64,000 nucleotides of DNA from a virus (IMGVR_UViG_3300027708_000013), one strand, 5' to 3'. Counted from the stretch's first letter, positions 28,130 through 40,081 are shown. Notes: generated from the letters alone by a model not told the origin. A program made the numbers and translations.

Positions 28130-28822
28130 TTATTGTCCAATCACGTTAGTAAAAGTACCGTTAAACACACCATTAGCACCAGTTGACCCAACTGCTTGAA
28201 ACGAACCAGTTAATGCATTTGAAACCGATCCAGTATTGGTAATGCTGTTTTGTGCGGTTGCACTGCTGGTAGATCCAGTAACAGAAGTTGCACCAGTTGT
28301 ACTTAATCCAAAAGTCACGCTGGTGGCGTTTTGTCCCACTGCACTGGTACCGCTTGCTACTGTACCAGCACCTGTGAGATTCGCTGAACTACCGCTACCA
28401 AACGATGATACACCAATGCCACCAGCAGATCCAACTGAGTTTGTTAGTGTACCTGTGGCACCATTGACACTGCCATCAATAGTTCTTGTGGCAAAACCTG
28501 ATTGATTAGCAAAAGATTCAGCACCACCTGTGCCTGTACCTGTTACACTGGTTGCAGTTCTACCAGTTGAACTGATGGAAGAATTAATTGTGCCCACACC
28601 TGTTGTGGGATTGATGGTATTGGTAGTTGTGATACCCATGGAGTTACTGGCCGATACTGAACCGGAGTAACTGCTGGAGCCTGCACCTGTTTGTGTGGAA
28701 AACACACTTACGCCACCGTTGATACTGCTGTTACTGGCGCCGGTTACAGCAAAACCTGCCGCATGACCGGTTCCAGTACCACACAAGCCCGCTATCATTA
28801 ATGCTATTAGTTTACGTTTCAT
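28130..28822 (-). CDS. Secreted Gly/Ser/Thr-rich protein (start revised to MKRKL)
   Basis: MKRKLIALMIAGLCGTGTGHA signal; almost no charged residues. Confidence 0.65.
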   Translation of the reverse strand: MKRKLIALMIAGLCGTGTGHAAGFAVTGASNSSINGGVSVFSTQTGAGSSSYSGSVSASNSMGITTTNTINPTTGVGTINSSISSTGRTATSVTGTGTGGAESFANQSGFATRTIDGSVNGATGTLTNSVGSAGGIGVSSFGSGSSANLTGAGTVASGTSAVGQNATSVTFGLSTTGATSVTGSTSSATAQNSITNTGSVSNALTGSFQAVGSTGANGVFNGTFTNVIGQ

Positions 28823-29041
28823 TTTTACTACCTTTATGTTGAAAAACAATTAAGTATTATACCAAAAACAAAATGTCTTTGATACCAAATCAAACACGAC
28901 TTAACAGCTCACCCGCATAAATTTAGCACAGTCGATTTCAACCTAAAAGCTCTTGACATCAAGTTAGCACAGTTGGTACTACTTCTTACATCATACATAT
29001 ATTATAACAAATCTGGGATTATCAGTCAACTACAAATGTTG

Positions 29042-29344
29042 TTATATTGCTACAATTTCTATAGTAGCACCAGCAACCTCCGCATCACGTTTAAAACTTT
29101 CAAATACACTTCTAGTGTACGCACTCATGCCTTCACTACCTTTGTAACACTTGTATATTGAACCTGAATAACCAACAACATCATAATGGTCACCTTGATC
29201 AATCACCTGTTCAATACCCGAGTTCATTCTCCAGCTATCAGAACCGGCATATCCGCCGTACCAACTACCAAGTACCTTGCGAATTCGACCGTGTTCGCTG
29301 TTCATTTCCACTATAACCCAACGGTCTGGTGTATATTCACTCAT
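29042..29344 (-). CDS. Phage hypothetical protein
   Basis: YTPDRWVIV...WYGGYAGSDSWRMNSG. Confidence 0.7.
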   Translation of the reverse strand: MSEYTPDRWVIVEMNSEHGRIRKVLGSWYGGYAGSDSWRMNSGIEQVIDQGDHYDVVGYSGSIYKCYKGSEGMSAYTRSVFESFKRDAEVAGATIEIVAI

Positions 29345-29532
29345 TTAATTTCTCTCGCCGCCATCATGGCATCTGCCACATCATATGCTTCTCTTGCTAC
29401 AAAATGTGCGGTTTTACTGTGTGTAAGTGCATGTGTAACAATCGCGGGCACGGCTTGAGCCGCAAAGTAATCTCTTAGGTCCATGCCTTCGTCCCATACT
29501 CTTTCTGAATTACCTACAGGAAATGCTTTCAT
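29341..29532 (-). CDS. Phage hypothetical protein
   Basis: GMDLRDYFAAQA...AYDVADAMM motif common in phages. Confidence 0.7.
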   Translation of the reverse strand: MKAFPVGNSERVWDEGMDLRDYFAAQAVPAIVTHALTHSKTAHFVAREAYDVADAMMAAREIK

Positions 29533-29786
29533 TCTTCAACTCCAAAAGTTTTTCTAATTTCGTATTCCACCAAGTGTAATGCGCCATTGTAATCTGTATA
29601 CAATTCATCTGTAGTCCAAGATCCATCTTCATTCCTATCTATCAAACCGTCCACCGCAGATAAACATCGTTGTACGATCAACTCGGCAAACTGTTCCACA
29701 GTGGGTGCCAATGCTGTTTCTGATTCTCCAATGATGCCTGCTTGTTGAGCTAATTTGATAATTTGTTGGTTCATAATGTTCTCCAA
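29529..29786 (-). CDS. Phage hypothetical protein
   Basis: EQFAELIVQRC motif. Confidence 0.65.
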   Translation of the reverse strand: MENIMNQQIIKLAQQAGIIGESETALAPTVEQFAELIVQRCLSAVDGLIDRNEDGSWTTDELYTDYNGALHLVEYEIRKTFGVEE

Positions 29787-29796
29787 AAAACTGCTG

Positions 29797-30840
29797 TTAA
29801 GCAGTTTTCATACATGTTACCGAGGCCATTGCTTTCCATTTTAGTGGGAAGCTCTTACGCAGGTCTGCGATTTTGATTGCCATACGCAGACTAACTTCAC
29901 GCAAGCGGTTCTTGTTGTCTTCCAAGAAGCCAATGATCTCATCTTGCACACACGGTTCAAAATCATAGTCCGCAAACAAGGCACCATCCTGTGCAATTTG
30001 CTTGATACGCAACACCTTGTCACGCATGGTGTCCAAGGTCAAGTCCAAGTAATGGCATCTTGACTGTAGTGCATCCAAGTGATCTTTCAACTTCTGACTT
30101 TTCATTTGATCAAACTTGAGGTTGGTAATAAACACTATACTGCCACGAAACTCAAACGAGCTGGGAACATCTTCACGTTTCAGCATACTGCTGTCACTCA
30201 ACCAAGAAATTTTACGTTTCTTACCCGAGTCCAGGGCACCTTTCAACAAGTTCAATGCCACATCATCAACCAAGATACTATCACAGTCATCAAATACCAG
30301 CATGCAGTTGGCATCTGAATACTTGTACAGTGTGGAATACAAACCCAATGCGGTAGCACTGCCTTTGACAACTTCTGCACGTAGTCGACGACCTGAGATT
30401 TGATCAAACAAACAGGCCTTTTCCACAATACGTTCTACACCGTAACTTTTACCAACTCCTGGGGGGCCCGATACAATCATTGCACGGATGTCGCCTGTGG
30501 TTGCGGCAGTGGCCATTTCATCTAAGATCTCAAATCTTTGACGAATACGCTCGATGGCTTGTTCATCTGTTTCTTGTGCAGTGACCAACGCTTCAGCTTC
30601 AGCCACCGGTGTATTACCGGCATCAACATATTCTGCTTCGCTCACAAATTCATAATCCGTCATACCCGATACCTTTACACGAATGTCGTCTGGGAAACCA
30701 GCAAATACTCCGCCATTTCTCACAGTGACATAGCCACCTTTGGCGGTAGTTTTATACTGCTCTACCAATTGGAAAATTTTACCACTTACATCTGTAGTGC
30801 GATAAGCACCTGATTTGATACGAATAAAACTGTTTGTCAT
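29797..30840 (-). CDS. AAA+ ATPase (start revised to 30840)
   Basis: Walker A GPPGVGKS, Walker B LVFDDCD, FITN, ALQSR. Confidence 0.85.
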   Translation of the reverse strand: MTNSFIRIKSGAYRTTDVSGKIFQLVEQYKTTAKGGYVTVRNGGVFAGFPDDIRVKVSGMTDYEFVSEAEYVDAGNTPVAEAEALVTAQETDEQAIERIRQRFEILDEMATAATTGDIRAMIVSGPPGVGKSYGVERIVEKACLFDQISGRRLRAEVVKGSATALGLYSTLYKYSDANCMLVFDDCDSILVDDVALNLLKGALDSGKKRKISWLSDSSMLKREDVPSSFEFRGSIVFITNLKFDQMKSQKLKDHLDALQSRCHYLDLTLDTMRDKVLRIKQIAQDGALFADYDFEPCVQDEIIGFLEDNKNRLREVSLRMAIKIADLRKSFPLKWKAMASVTCMKTA

Positions 30841-30844
30841 ACTA

Positions 30845-30901
30845 GCTCCTACTGTTGTTAATATACATATATTATAGCAAAACCCCAATTATGGGTCAAC
30901 C
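30845..30901 (-). promoter_or_regulatory. Sigma70 early promoter plus RBS, cassette copy 1
   Basis: TTGACC-17 bp-TATAAT with extended -10 TG; AGGAGC RBS. Confidence 0.85.
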
Positions 30902-30905
30902 GTTT

Positions 30906-31052
30906 TTAGCCTTCCAAAGATGCAATAATCAAGGCGTTTGAAACTATAAGACCAACCACTGCAATGGCCATAGCCGTCATGTCATGAATTATCAATTGCC
31001 CTGCTATAATGCCAAGACATCCACTGTTTATCATTACCGCTATTTTTTTCAT
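30906..31052 (-). CDS. Small two-TM membrane protein (48 aa)
   Basis: Manual translation MKKIAVMINSGCLGIIAGQLIIHDMTAMAIAVVGLIVSNALIIASLEG; RBS and promoter upstream. Confidence 0.65.
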   Translation of the reverse strand: MKKIAVMINSGCLGIIAGQLIIHDMTAMAIAVVGLIVSNALIIASLEG

Positions 31053-31056
31053 TTCT

Positions 31057-31112
31057 GCTCCTAATCGTTTACTATACTAATATTATAGCAAAATGGCTAT
31101 TATTGGTCAACC
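31057..31112 (-). promoter_or_regulatory. Sigma70 early promoter plus RBS, cassette copy 2
   Basis: TTGACC-17 bp-TATAAT, TG extension, AGGAGC. Confidence 0.85.
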
Positions 31113-31315
31113 GTTTTTGCCACTTTCATCATTTTAAGATTGCTGTCTGTAGCACAAATTCTAACGCCATAACAGTCGTTTTCACCGTAAATTACATCAA
31201 TCCAAGGCACTGTTTTTTCTGCGGCATTTTCGGATAATGCAATGTTTTTGATTGTACCAGTTAATTTACCAGCGGCACTAACCCAAGTAATTTTATCATT
31301 AACATTTAATTTCAT
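31100..31315 (-). CDS. Small hypothetical protein
   Basis: ORF track with promoter and RBS. Confidence 0.7.
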   Translation of the reverse strand: MKLNVNDKITWVSAAGKLTGTIKNIALSENAAEKTVPWIDVIYGENDCYGVRICATDSNLKMMKVAKTVDQ

Positions 31316-31318
31316 TTC

Positions 31319-31375
31319 AGCTCCTGTTGTTTAACTATACTAATATTATAGCAAATGGCGAATTCTGGGTCAACC
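31319..31375 (-). promoter_or_regulatory. Sigma70 early promoter plus RBS, cassette copy 3
   Basis: TTGACC-17 bp-TATAAT, TG extension, AGGAGC. Confidence 0.85.
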
Positions 31376-31393
31376 AAACTGCATTAAACTACT

Positions 31394-31669
31394 TCAAATT
31401 CCATACTTAATGTTGATATCTGCTGGGCGAGACCAAAAATCATTACGAGCCAAAGATGAGGTTTCTACAATGTTAGCGAATTTTTTGAAAAATTCAATTG
31501 GCCAACCGTCCCATATCTCTACGACTTGGTGTGCTCGATCAGACTGAGGATCGCGAAGCAAAGTAGCATAGTGTATGATCAATTGACGAATATCAGTATC
31601 TGTCATATTTTCAAAGTCAACTTGTACCGTGCTGGGTTGAGTGAGCTCTGCTTGTATTTGGTCTTTCAT
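31394..31669 (-). CDS. Hypothetical protein
   Basis: ORF track. Confidence 0.6.
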   Translation of the reverse strand: MKDQIQAELTQPSTVQVDFENMTDTDIRQLIIHYATLLRDPQSDRAHQVVEIWDGWPIEFFKKFANIVETSSLARNDFWSRPADINIKYGI

Positions 31670-31680
31670 TTTTCTACTCT

Positions 31681-31851
31681 TTAGGAATTCACTGTGTTGA
31701 ATGGGCTTAGATCTTCTTCAAACTCACAGACTTGGTCGGCGGCTACTAACTTTGTTGAAAACTCTAAACTTTCTGCCCAGGCTTGATGCTCGGTTTCTGA
31801 GGGAAATGCTGACGAATATTCTTCGCTGGGTATGGTATTTGCATTGTTCAT
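31681..31851 (-). CDS. Small acidic hypothetical protein (start revised to 31851)
   Basis: GGAG RBS; promoter TTGACT-17-TATACT at 31881-31909. Confidence 0.55.
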   Translation of the reverse strand: MNNANTIPSEEYSSAFPSETEHQAWAESLEFSTKLVAADQVCEFEEDLSPFNTVNS

Positions 31852-31910
31852 TTCTACTCCTGATGATTGACGTAACTGCAAGTATAACACAGCAAGAATT
31901 GTCAGTCAAG

Positions 31911-31952
31911 AAAAAACCCGCCCAAGTGTGCATCGCAGAGAGGCCGGGCGGG
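31911..31952 (-). terminator. groEL intrinsic terminator
   Basis: CCCGCCC...GGGCGGG followed by U6. Confidence 0.7.
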
Positions 31953-31976
31953 TGTGTCCTACTTATTTAACAGCAA

Positions 31977-33895
<1,919 letters not shown>

Positions 33896-33935
33896 TATGA
33901 TCTCCTTTTAAAAATGAATAAATTCTAGTTTGTTT

Positions 33936-33964
33936 ATTGTACTACAGAAATGTCGGCCTGTCAA
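33936..33964 (-). promoter_or_regulatory. Sigma70 promoter of groESL
   Basis: TTGACA-17 bp-TACAAT. Confidence 0.8.
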
Positions 33965-33991
33965 TACTGAGCCGACAAAAATATTTACCTT

Positions 33992-34762
33992 TTAGAAATA
34001 CTGACACGTGGTTCTGGGAAAGAAACACTCATTCTGTTGCAAGGGTTTTATTTTGATAGTTTCTAACACTGTACTGACACCCAGCCCCATGGCTATGCTG
34101 TACACAAAGTTTTGGTTGGCCATGACTAGATCTGCTCCGGCCACCACATTGGCCAATTCTAAGAAATTATTAACAGTGTGGTGGGGGATAGCAACACCTG
34201 TTACTTGTACAAAATCTTGATGTTCTGTTGTTGTTCCAATAAAAATACCATTGTTGATCAAGTCTGCATCAGCAACCATACTTTGCCACACTGCGTCACC
34301 GTTGGGGCAACGATATCTGGCTGTACGACTGACCACTATGGGCTTGACAGCGACAGGATCTGCTTCCAACCAAGGTGTGTCGTAGTCCTGCATTACAAAT
34401 GGCATGTTGAACGCACGGTGATAGGCTTCTACATAGTTGCCTTCAAAACCTCTAAACAGTGTTCCACGGAATCTATCTAAATCCACTGTGGGCTCAGCAT
34501 CGCCCTGACTCCAAGTGCCCACTGAGTCAATATAACTTTGACGTTTGAGCAACGGCAGTAACCATGCATAGTCCTGCTCTGTAAATCTTCCTCTGTGTGC
34601 AGGATCTACTTCGTCGGGTCTATAACCGTATTGTGCTACACATGATTCTATGTTGTTTAAGGCCACCAAGAACCGGCCTGGTGGCATTTTCTTTACAATA
34701 GATAAACTGTAAATCAAATCGCCCAAGGTACCAGAATGACGAAACGTATTAGATACTGTCAT
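33992..34762 (-). CDS. GT9-like glycosyltransferase
   Basis: HSGTLGDLIYSL; C-terminal ELANVVAGADLVMANQ. Confidence 0.55.
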   Translation of the reverse strand: MTVSNTFRHSGTLGDLIYSLSIVKKMPPGRFLVALNNIESCVAQYGYRPDEVDPAHRGRFTEQDYAWLLPLLKRQSYIDSVGTWSQGDAEPTVDLDRFRGTLFRGFEGNYVEAYHRAFNMPFVMQDYDTPWLEADPVAVKPIVVSRTARYRCPNGDAVWQSMVADADLINNGIFIGTTTEHQDFVQVTGVAIPHHTVNNFLELANVVAGADLVMANQNFVYSIAMGLGVSTVLETIKIKPLQQNECFFPRTTCQYF

Positions 34763-35477
34763 TGCGTCTCACACCTTTGTAGTCCGGTGATAAATTTCTT
34801 TTTGCACTGGCGGCATCAACAAACCAACGTTGATTGCTTCTGTACTGACTGTGTTGTTTGACAAACACCATGTCAACCTGTGCCAGTAAACCTGTTTCAG
34901 CAAAGCCGGTATGTATGATGTCGTAGGTAACAAAGCCTTGTTCGGCCATAAAGTTCAAGTATTCATGAAAGATTGGTTGCCCTACATACTGTTCCACCAA
35001 GCCAATTTCCAGCAATACAAATTCAAAGTTTGGTAAACATGCAACTGCACCTTTGACCACTTCCAACTCTCCGCCCTGTACATCAATTTTAAGCAATGCA
35101 GGACCCGACAATTCAAATGCTTCCCACATGCTGTCCAGTGTGTACTGCGGAACTGTTCTAGCTCGCATTTCATAGTCACCTGCTTCAGCTTCCAGTGTAG
35201 TGAATCTACTGCTGCCACCCAGGTCAGTGGGCACGTTGAAAGCGATTTCACCATTTTCTGCACCAGCCGCGGCCAACATGTAGTTACCGCGATAACGACG
35301 GCACAGTTGTTGTAGGCTGGGTTCAAATTCTGCCAAAGGTTCTACAAACAGGTATTGTGCCTGGGGGAAATGACGATACATTTCCTCGGTGTCAGTGGCC
35401 ACTCCAACATCAACCACAGTGGCAGGATCAAATCCCTGTTGCTTTATAAATGTAAAAAATTCGTCCCAGTTTCTCAA
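34749..35477 (-). CDS. FkbM-family methyltransferase
   Basis: VVDVGV, FVEPL, LLKIDVQGGELEVVKG. Confidence 0.85.
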   Translation of the reverse strand: MRNWDEFFTFIKQQGFDPATVVDVGVATDTEEMYRHFPQAQYLFVEPLAEFEPSLQQLCRRYRGNYMLAAAGAENGEIAFNVPTDLGGSSRFTTLEAEAGDYEMRARTVPQYTLDSMWEAFELSGPALLKIDVQGGELEVVKGAVACLPNFEFVLLEIGLVEQYVGQPIFHEYLNFMAEQGFVTYDIIHTGFAETGLLAQVDMVFVKQHSQYRSNQRWFVDAASAKRNLSPDYKGVRRNDSI

Positions 35478-35478
35478 A

Positions 35479-36399
35479 TTATTCTCCTAGTTGTGTTAAT
35501 ATGGCTGTGGTTATTTGTTTGGTATCAAAATTGTTGGTGCAGGGATAGTTGCCTTTTTCACATACAATTTGTCTTATGGGTCTAGCCTGATGGTCATTGC
35601 AACCATGACAGTCCTCCAGTGTTGTTATCGGGGTAGCATGCCAATTGATATCCATGCGTCTATGTGGTATAATACGTTGGGGTTGCAAATGTGTCAACAA
35701 GGCAACAATGTGTGTTGAACTTGCCGCTGCACACTGCATGGGACCAGAATCTATACCAACAAATGCTCTAGCATGGTCACATAGGTATTTTAACTGTTGG
35801 CTGTTGTATCTATCACGTGCATCAAAGAACAAAGGATGCTCTAATGTATGATCTGTTGCGCCGCCCACTGTGACTATTCGAAAGTCTGTACGTGCTGTAA
35901 ATAATTGTGCAAATACATCGTACCATACCTCCAAGGAAATGTTCTTGGCACCCCAGTGCCAGTTACGCATGTGAACCACAATGAATTTTGTACCGATCTC
36001 CTGTAGATCTTGATCCACCGGGACTGTGTCTGTGGTGTCCGGGAACAGTTCCACACTGCGATTGAAATTTGTACTGCCAAACGCACGATAAAAATAACTG
36101 TCCACGTAGTGATTTAAGGGATTGATCTCGTAAGCGTCATCCAAGTTGATGTAAACATCGTAACGCCCGGCTTCCACTGCTGCCATGGGTATTAAATTTC
36201 TCACATGTGGATTGTTTCTATACACTTCCATGCAGTCTGTGGCCACATCAATGCCAGCATCTGCCCCGTAGCGTCGTTTCAATTCACGCACTACTCCAGT
36301 GGTCATAATGACATCACCAATGGCGGCACGCCGTTGTACCAAGATATTAATGGGTTGTTCAATCTTCAATTTGTATTCCATTCGGTCCAAGCAATCCAC
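35479..36399 (-). CDS. GT9 (heptosyltransferase-like) glycosyltransferase
   Basis: RRAAIGDVIMTT and FVGIDSGPMQCAAA. Confidence 0.8.
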   Translation of the reverse strand: MDCLDRMEYKLKIEQPINILVQRRAAIGDVIMTTGVVRELKRRYGADAGIDVATDCMEVYRNNPHVRNLIPMAAVEAGRYDVYINLDDAYEINPLNHYVDSYFYRAFGSTNFNRSVELFPDTTDTVPVDQDLQEIGTKFIVVHMRNWHWGAKNISLEVWYDVFAQLFTARTDFRIVTVGGATDHTLEHPLFFDARDRYNSQQLKYLCDHARAFVGIDSGPMQCAAASSTHIVALLTHLQPQRIIPHRRMDINWHATPITTLEDCHGCNDHQARPIRQIVCEKGNYPCTNNFDTKQITTAILTQLGE

Positions 36400-37072
36400 G
36401 CAGGCCCACCACTGGTACTGCTGTTACCAGTGCTTCGGGCAGGTAATAATACAACATGTGTTCAATGTCAAAATAGCCGCCCACATCCAGTCGCTGTGCC
36501 ATGCCCACAAATCCTCTGAGATAACTGTCGATGATTTGATCTGTACAATTGGCTGGCCAACTCCATAATCTGCTCATGTATTGGTATTCCATGCCGTCGG
36601 TTACTGAGGGAGGGAATTGGCTCAACTTGCGTTCCAACACCACAATGCGATCCGGTACTGTGCTGTAATATTGGGGATTGAATCTTTCGGTGAGTTGATA
36701 ACGTCCCGACATTTTAAATATTCTATCAAACTGTTCAGGAATTTTAGCCGCTGTCATTTGTGAGAGCAGTTCACCAAATATCATTACTTCTGTGGTATTT
36801 TTTACAATGTCCCAGTTGTCAGTACTGTGGAATATACCTTGCACAGCTTCGTTTTCACTGAAGTTGTAGTAGTATTCTACCTGGGATTCTATAGTGGCAA
36901 TTTGCTCATCAGTGGAGGCAATACCGCCCATCTCCACAACAGCAATACTGGCCTCAGGACAATATCTGCGTATGGATTCTATACTGTCTAGTGTTTGGGT
37001 GAGTCGCTGAGAGTTCGAGTGTACGCCAAATTTGGTATTCAAGGCGCTGGTTAAAATAAAAAGTGGTTTCAT
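36359..37072 (-). CDS. Hypothetical protein, GT-associated
   Basis: IFKMSGRY and DIEH motifs; context. Confidence 0.55.
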   Translation of the reverse strand: MKPLFILTSALNTKFGVHSNSQRLTQTLDSIESIRRYCPEASIAVVEMGGIASTDEQIATIESQVEYYYNFSENEAVQGIFHSTDNWDIVKNTTEVMIFGELLSQMTAAKIPEQFDRIFKMSGRYQLTERFNPQYYSTVPDRIVVLERKLSQFPPSVTDGMEYQYMSRLWSWPANCTDQIIDSYLRGFVGMAQRLDVGGYFDIEHMLYYYLPEALVTAVPVVGLRGLLGPNGIQIED

Positions 37073-37176
37073 ATCAGTATTATATTTAAGTTCTCACCAA
37101 GTTGTCAAATATTTTTTAACCGTTGACTTACACTGTGTTAAATAATATACTATTTCAATAACTACAGGATTTTTCA

Positions 37177-38145
37177 ATGAAACTACTCGTAACAGGTGGA
37201 GCGGGCTATATTGGCAGTAAACTTGTACCGTATCTTGCCACGCAAGGACACACCATCACAGTGTTGGACCGTTTTGATTTTGGATGCAATGTTGAAGCCG
37301 GGCCAAACGTCACCGTGACCAAAATGGACATATTTGATGCCACAGTGGATACCTATACAGGGTTTGACGCTGTGATTCATTTGGCCGGACTCAGCAATGA
37401 CCCCATGGCCAACTTCAAACCCAGTCATAATTTTATAGAAAACTTGGGCGGAACCAGTCTAACAGCATACTTGGCCCGTGAAGCAGGTGTGCCTAAATTT
37501 ATATTTGCCAGCAGTTGTAGTGTGTATGGCAGTAATGGACGCACAGTAAGCGATGAAATGATTACTCCACAGGTGGACTTCCCTTATGGTATCAGTAAGA
37601 TACAAAGCGAGCACGGATTGAACTACTTGAGCAACAGTCGATTCAAAGTAATTAATCTAAGACAAGCCACAGTGTTTGGTTGGGCGCCACGCATGCGTAC
37701 AGACCTTGTGGTCAACACCATGACCAAGACCAGTGTATTGGACAGTACCATTTATATCAATGACAAAAAGGCCTGCAGACCCTTGATCCACATTGACGAC
37801 TTGATTCGTGTGTATGGCGAAGTTTTAGTGCATGAAGATTTACCCACAGTGATCAATGTCAGTGCCAAAAACTACAGCATAGGTGACCTAGCCACAGAAA
37901 TACGCAGTACACTGTTGCCTAGAATTCCAAAACTAACCATCATCAACAACAGAGTTCCGGATCCTAGAAGTTATTTTGTTGACAATCGAGTGATGCAAGG
38001 CTTGTTTGGCCAGTGGGATTATGTTACAATTCCCAATGCAGTTGAGGAATTGATCTCCAAGATGTCAGTAACAGATCGAGCAGGTTGGAGTGAGCCCAAC
38101 TACATCAACGTAGAAATGTACAAAAAACGCATCAGTCAAGGATAA
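37177..38145 (+). CDS. NAD-dependent epimerase/dehydratase (extended SDR)
   Basis: VTGGAGYIGS, ASSCSVYG, YGISK. Confidence 0.9.
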   Translation: MKLLVTGGAGYIGSKLVPYLATQGHTITVLDRFDFGCNVEAGPNVTVTKMDIFDATVDTYTGFDAVIHLAGLSNDPMANFKPSHNFIENLGGTSLTAYLAREAGVPKFIFASSCSVYGSNGRTVSDEMITPQVDFPYGISKIQSEHGLNYLSNSRFKVINLRQATVFGWAPRMRTDLVVNTMTKTSVLDSTIYINDKKACRPLIHIDDLIRVYGEVLVHEDLPTVINVSAKNYSIGDLATEIRSTLLPRIPKLTIINNRVPDPRSYFVDNRVMQGLFGQWDYVTIPNAVEELISKMSVTDRAGWSEPNYINVEMYKKRISQG

Positions 38146-38147
38146 CA

Positions 38148-39464
38148 ATGGAAGAAATATTAAAGTTAGTTCGCGAATATATTAAAAATAAACAAGCCAC
38201 ACAAACGTGGACAGCAGGTCGAGATCTAGTACACTATGCAGGCGCACACTTTGACAGTGATGAGTATGCAGCCGCAGTGGAAAGTTTGCTCAAAGGCTGG
38301 TTGGTCATGGGCGACAATGGCATGCAGTTTGAACGAACATTCCCGGCGCAGTTTGGTAAAACTGGTGGTATTTTGACCAACTCGGGAAGTAGCAGTAACT
38401 TGCTGATGATGGCAGCACTGACCAGCAAGCGTGGATATAACTTTCCACGTGGTACCAAAGTGTTGATGCCCATCGCAGGATTCCCTACTACACTGAATCC
38501 AACATTGCAAATGGGATTTGAGCCAGTGTTCTTGGATATTGAACTGGACACACTGAATTTAGATTTGACACGAGCAGAAGATTTAATTCGCGAACATGAT
38601 ATTAAAATTCTTACATTTGCTCATGTGTTGGGTAATTGTCCCAACATGGATGATGTAATGACCTTGGTCAAGAAATACAATTTGGTATTTTTAGAAGATT
38701 GCTGTGATGCACTGGGCAGTACCTTCAACGGTAGAGCACTGGGCAGTTATGGCCTAATGGCAAGTTGCAGTTTTTATCCTGCACACCACATGACCATGGG
38801 CGAAGGTGGCTTTGTTGCTACTAGTGATCCACAAACTGAAATTATCCTACGCAGTTTCCGTGAATGGGGTCGTGGTTGTTATTGTGTGGGTCCTGTGGCC
38901 AACAAACTAAAATGTGGAACTTGTAACAAACGATTCAACAACTGGATTCCCACATTGCCAGATGAGATATTTGATCACAAGTTTGTATATGATGAAATTG
39001 GATATAATCTAAAGCCCATCGAAGTACAGTGTGCCATGGGTATGCAACAACTTAAAAAGTTGCCAGAGATTCACTCTTTAAGAAAACGCAACTATCAGTT
39101 ACTGTTCCGCATTTACGAAAAGTACGAAGAGTTTTTCCATTTGCCAAGAGCCCAAGCAGGTGCAGATCCCAGTTGGTTTGCTTTCCCGCTGACCATACGT
39201 GAGGGTGCACCGTTCACTCGCAATGAAATTGTAGACTATTTGGAAGAAAATTTAATTCAAACCCGTCCATACTTTGCCGGCAACATCATGTTGCAACCGG
39301 CCTACAGTCACTTAATGAATCCCATGGATGCTAAAACCAATTTCCCAGTGGCCACACATGTCATGACACACAGTTATTTCCATGGTGCCAGTGCTGTGAT
39401 CACTCCCGAGCAGATTGCTTGGATTGGCGAACGGGTGGATGGATTTATGAGTTTATACAAATAA
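38148..39464 (+). CDS. rfbH: NDP-4-keto-6-deoxyhexose 3-dehydrase E1 (RfbH/DdhC)
   Basis: SFYPAHHMTMGEGG (His in place of the PLP Lys) and Cys cluster GRGCYC...CGTC. Confidence 0.88.
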   Translation: MEEILKLVREYIKNKQATQTWTAGRDLVHYAGAHFDSDEYAAAVESLLKGWLVMGDNGMQFERTFPAQFGKTGGILTNSGSSSNLLMMAALTSKRGYNFPRGTKVLMPIAGFPTTLNPTLQMGFEPVFLDIELDTLNLDLTRAEDLIREHDIKILTFAHVLGNCPNMDDVMTLVKKYNLVFLEDCCDALGSTFNGRALGSYGLMASCSFYPAHHMTMGEGGFVATSDPQTEIILRSFREWGRGCYCVGPVANKLKCGTCNKRFNNWIPTLPDEIFDHKFVYDEIGYNLKPIEVQCAMGMQQLKKLPEIHSLRKRNYQLLFRIYEKYEEFFHLPRAQAGADPSWFAFPLTIREGAPFTRNEIVDYLEENLIQTRPYFAGNIMLQPAYSHLMNPMDAKTNFPVATHVMTHSYFHGASAVITPEQIAWIGERVDGFMSLYK

Positions 39465-39472
39465 GGAATATT

Positions 39473-40081
39473 ATGAATGATGTTGAACGCAGAGTAGTTG
39501 ATATTAGTTACCAGCATAAGATTGGACATTTGAGTTCAACTTTAAATGCAGTTAATATCATTGAAGAGATTTATCAAAACAAAGGCCCAGACGAACCGTT
39601 TATCCTAAGTTCGGGACATGCGGCCTTGGCTTGGTATGTGGTATTAGAAAAGTATGAAGGGCAAGATGCTGAACATTTATTTGAAAAGCATGGACTTCAT
39701 CCACACAGAGACGTTGAATCAGGATTGCCTTGCAGTACCGGCAGTTTGGGCATGGGACTCACTGTTGCTGTGGGCTATGCACTGGCCAATAGAAATCGTC
39801 GTGTGCATTGTTTAATCAGTGACGGCGAGTGTGGCGAAGGATCAATCTGGGAAGCACTGAGATTTATCTATGAAGCCAAATTGGATAATCTAGAAGTCTA
39901 CGTCAATGTCAACGGCATGATTGCCTACGATTTTATTGACAAAGAATATATTTTTACAAGACTACGTGCATTTTTGCCAAGAATCAACATCCGCGAAACC
40001 GAACCACCCCATTGGCCGTTTGCACAAGGTGTACTTACACACTACTATGTTTTAAAACCAGAGGACTACGCACAACTATGA
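39473..40081 (+). CDS. Split transketolase, N-terminal ThDP-binding subunit, copy 1
   Basis: GHLSS, SSGHAAL, TGSLGMG, SDGECGEGSIWEA. Confidence 0.88.
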   Translation: MNDVERRVVDISYQHKIGHLSSTLNAVNIIEEIYQNKGPDEPFILSSGHAALAWYVVLEKYEGQDAEHLFEKHGLHPHRDVESGLPCSTGSLGMGLTVAVGYALANRNRRVHCLISDGECGEGSIWEALRFIYEAKLDNLEVYVNVNGMIAYDFIDKEYIFTRLRAFLPRINIRETEPPHWPFAQGVLTHYYVLKPEDYAQL

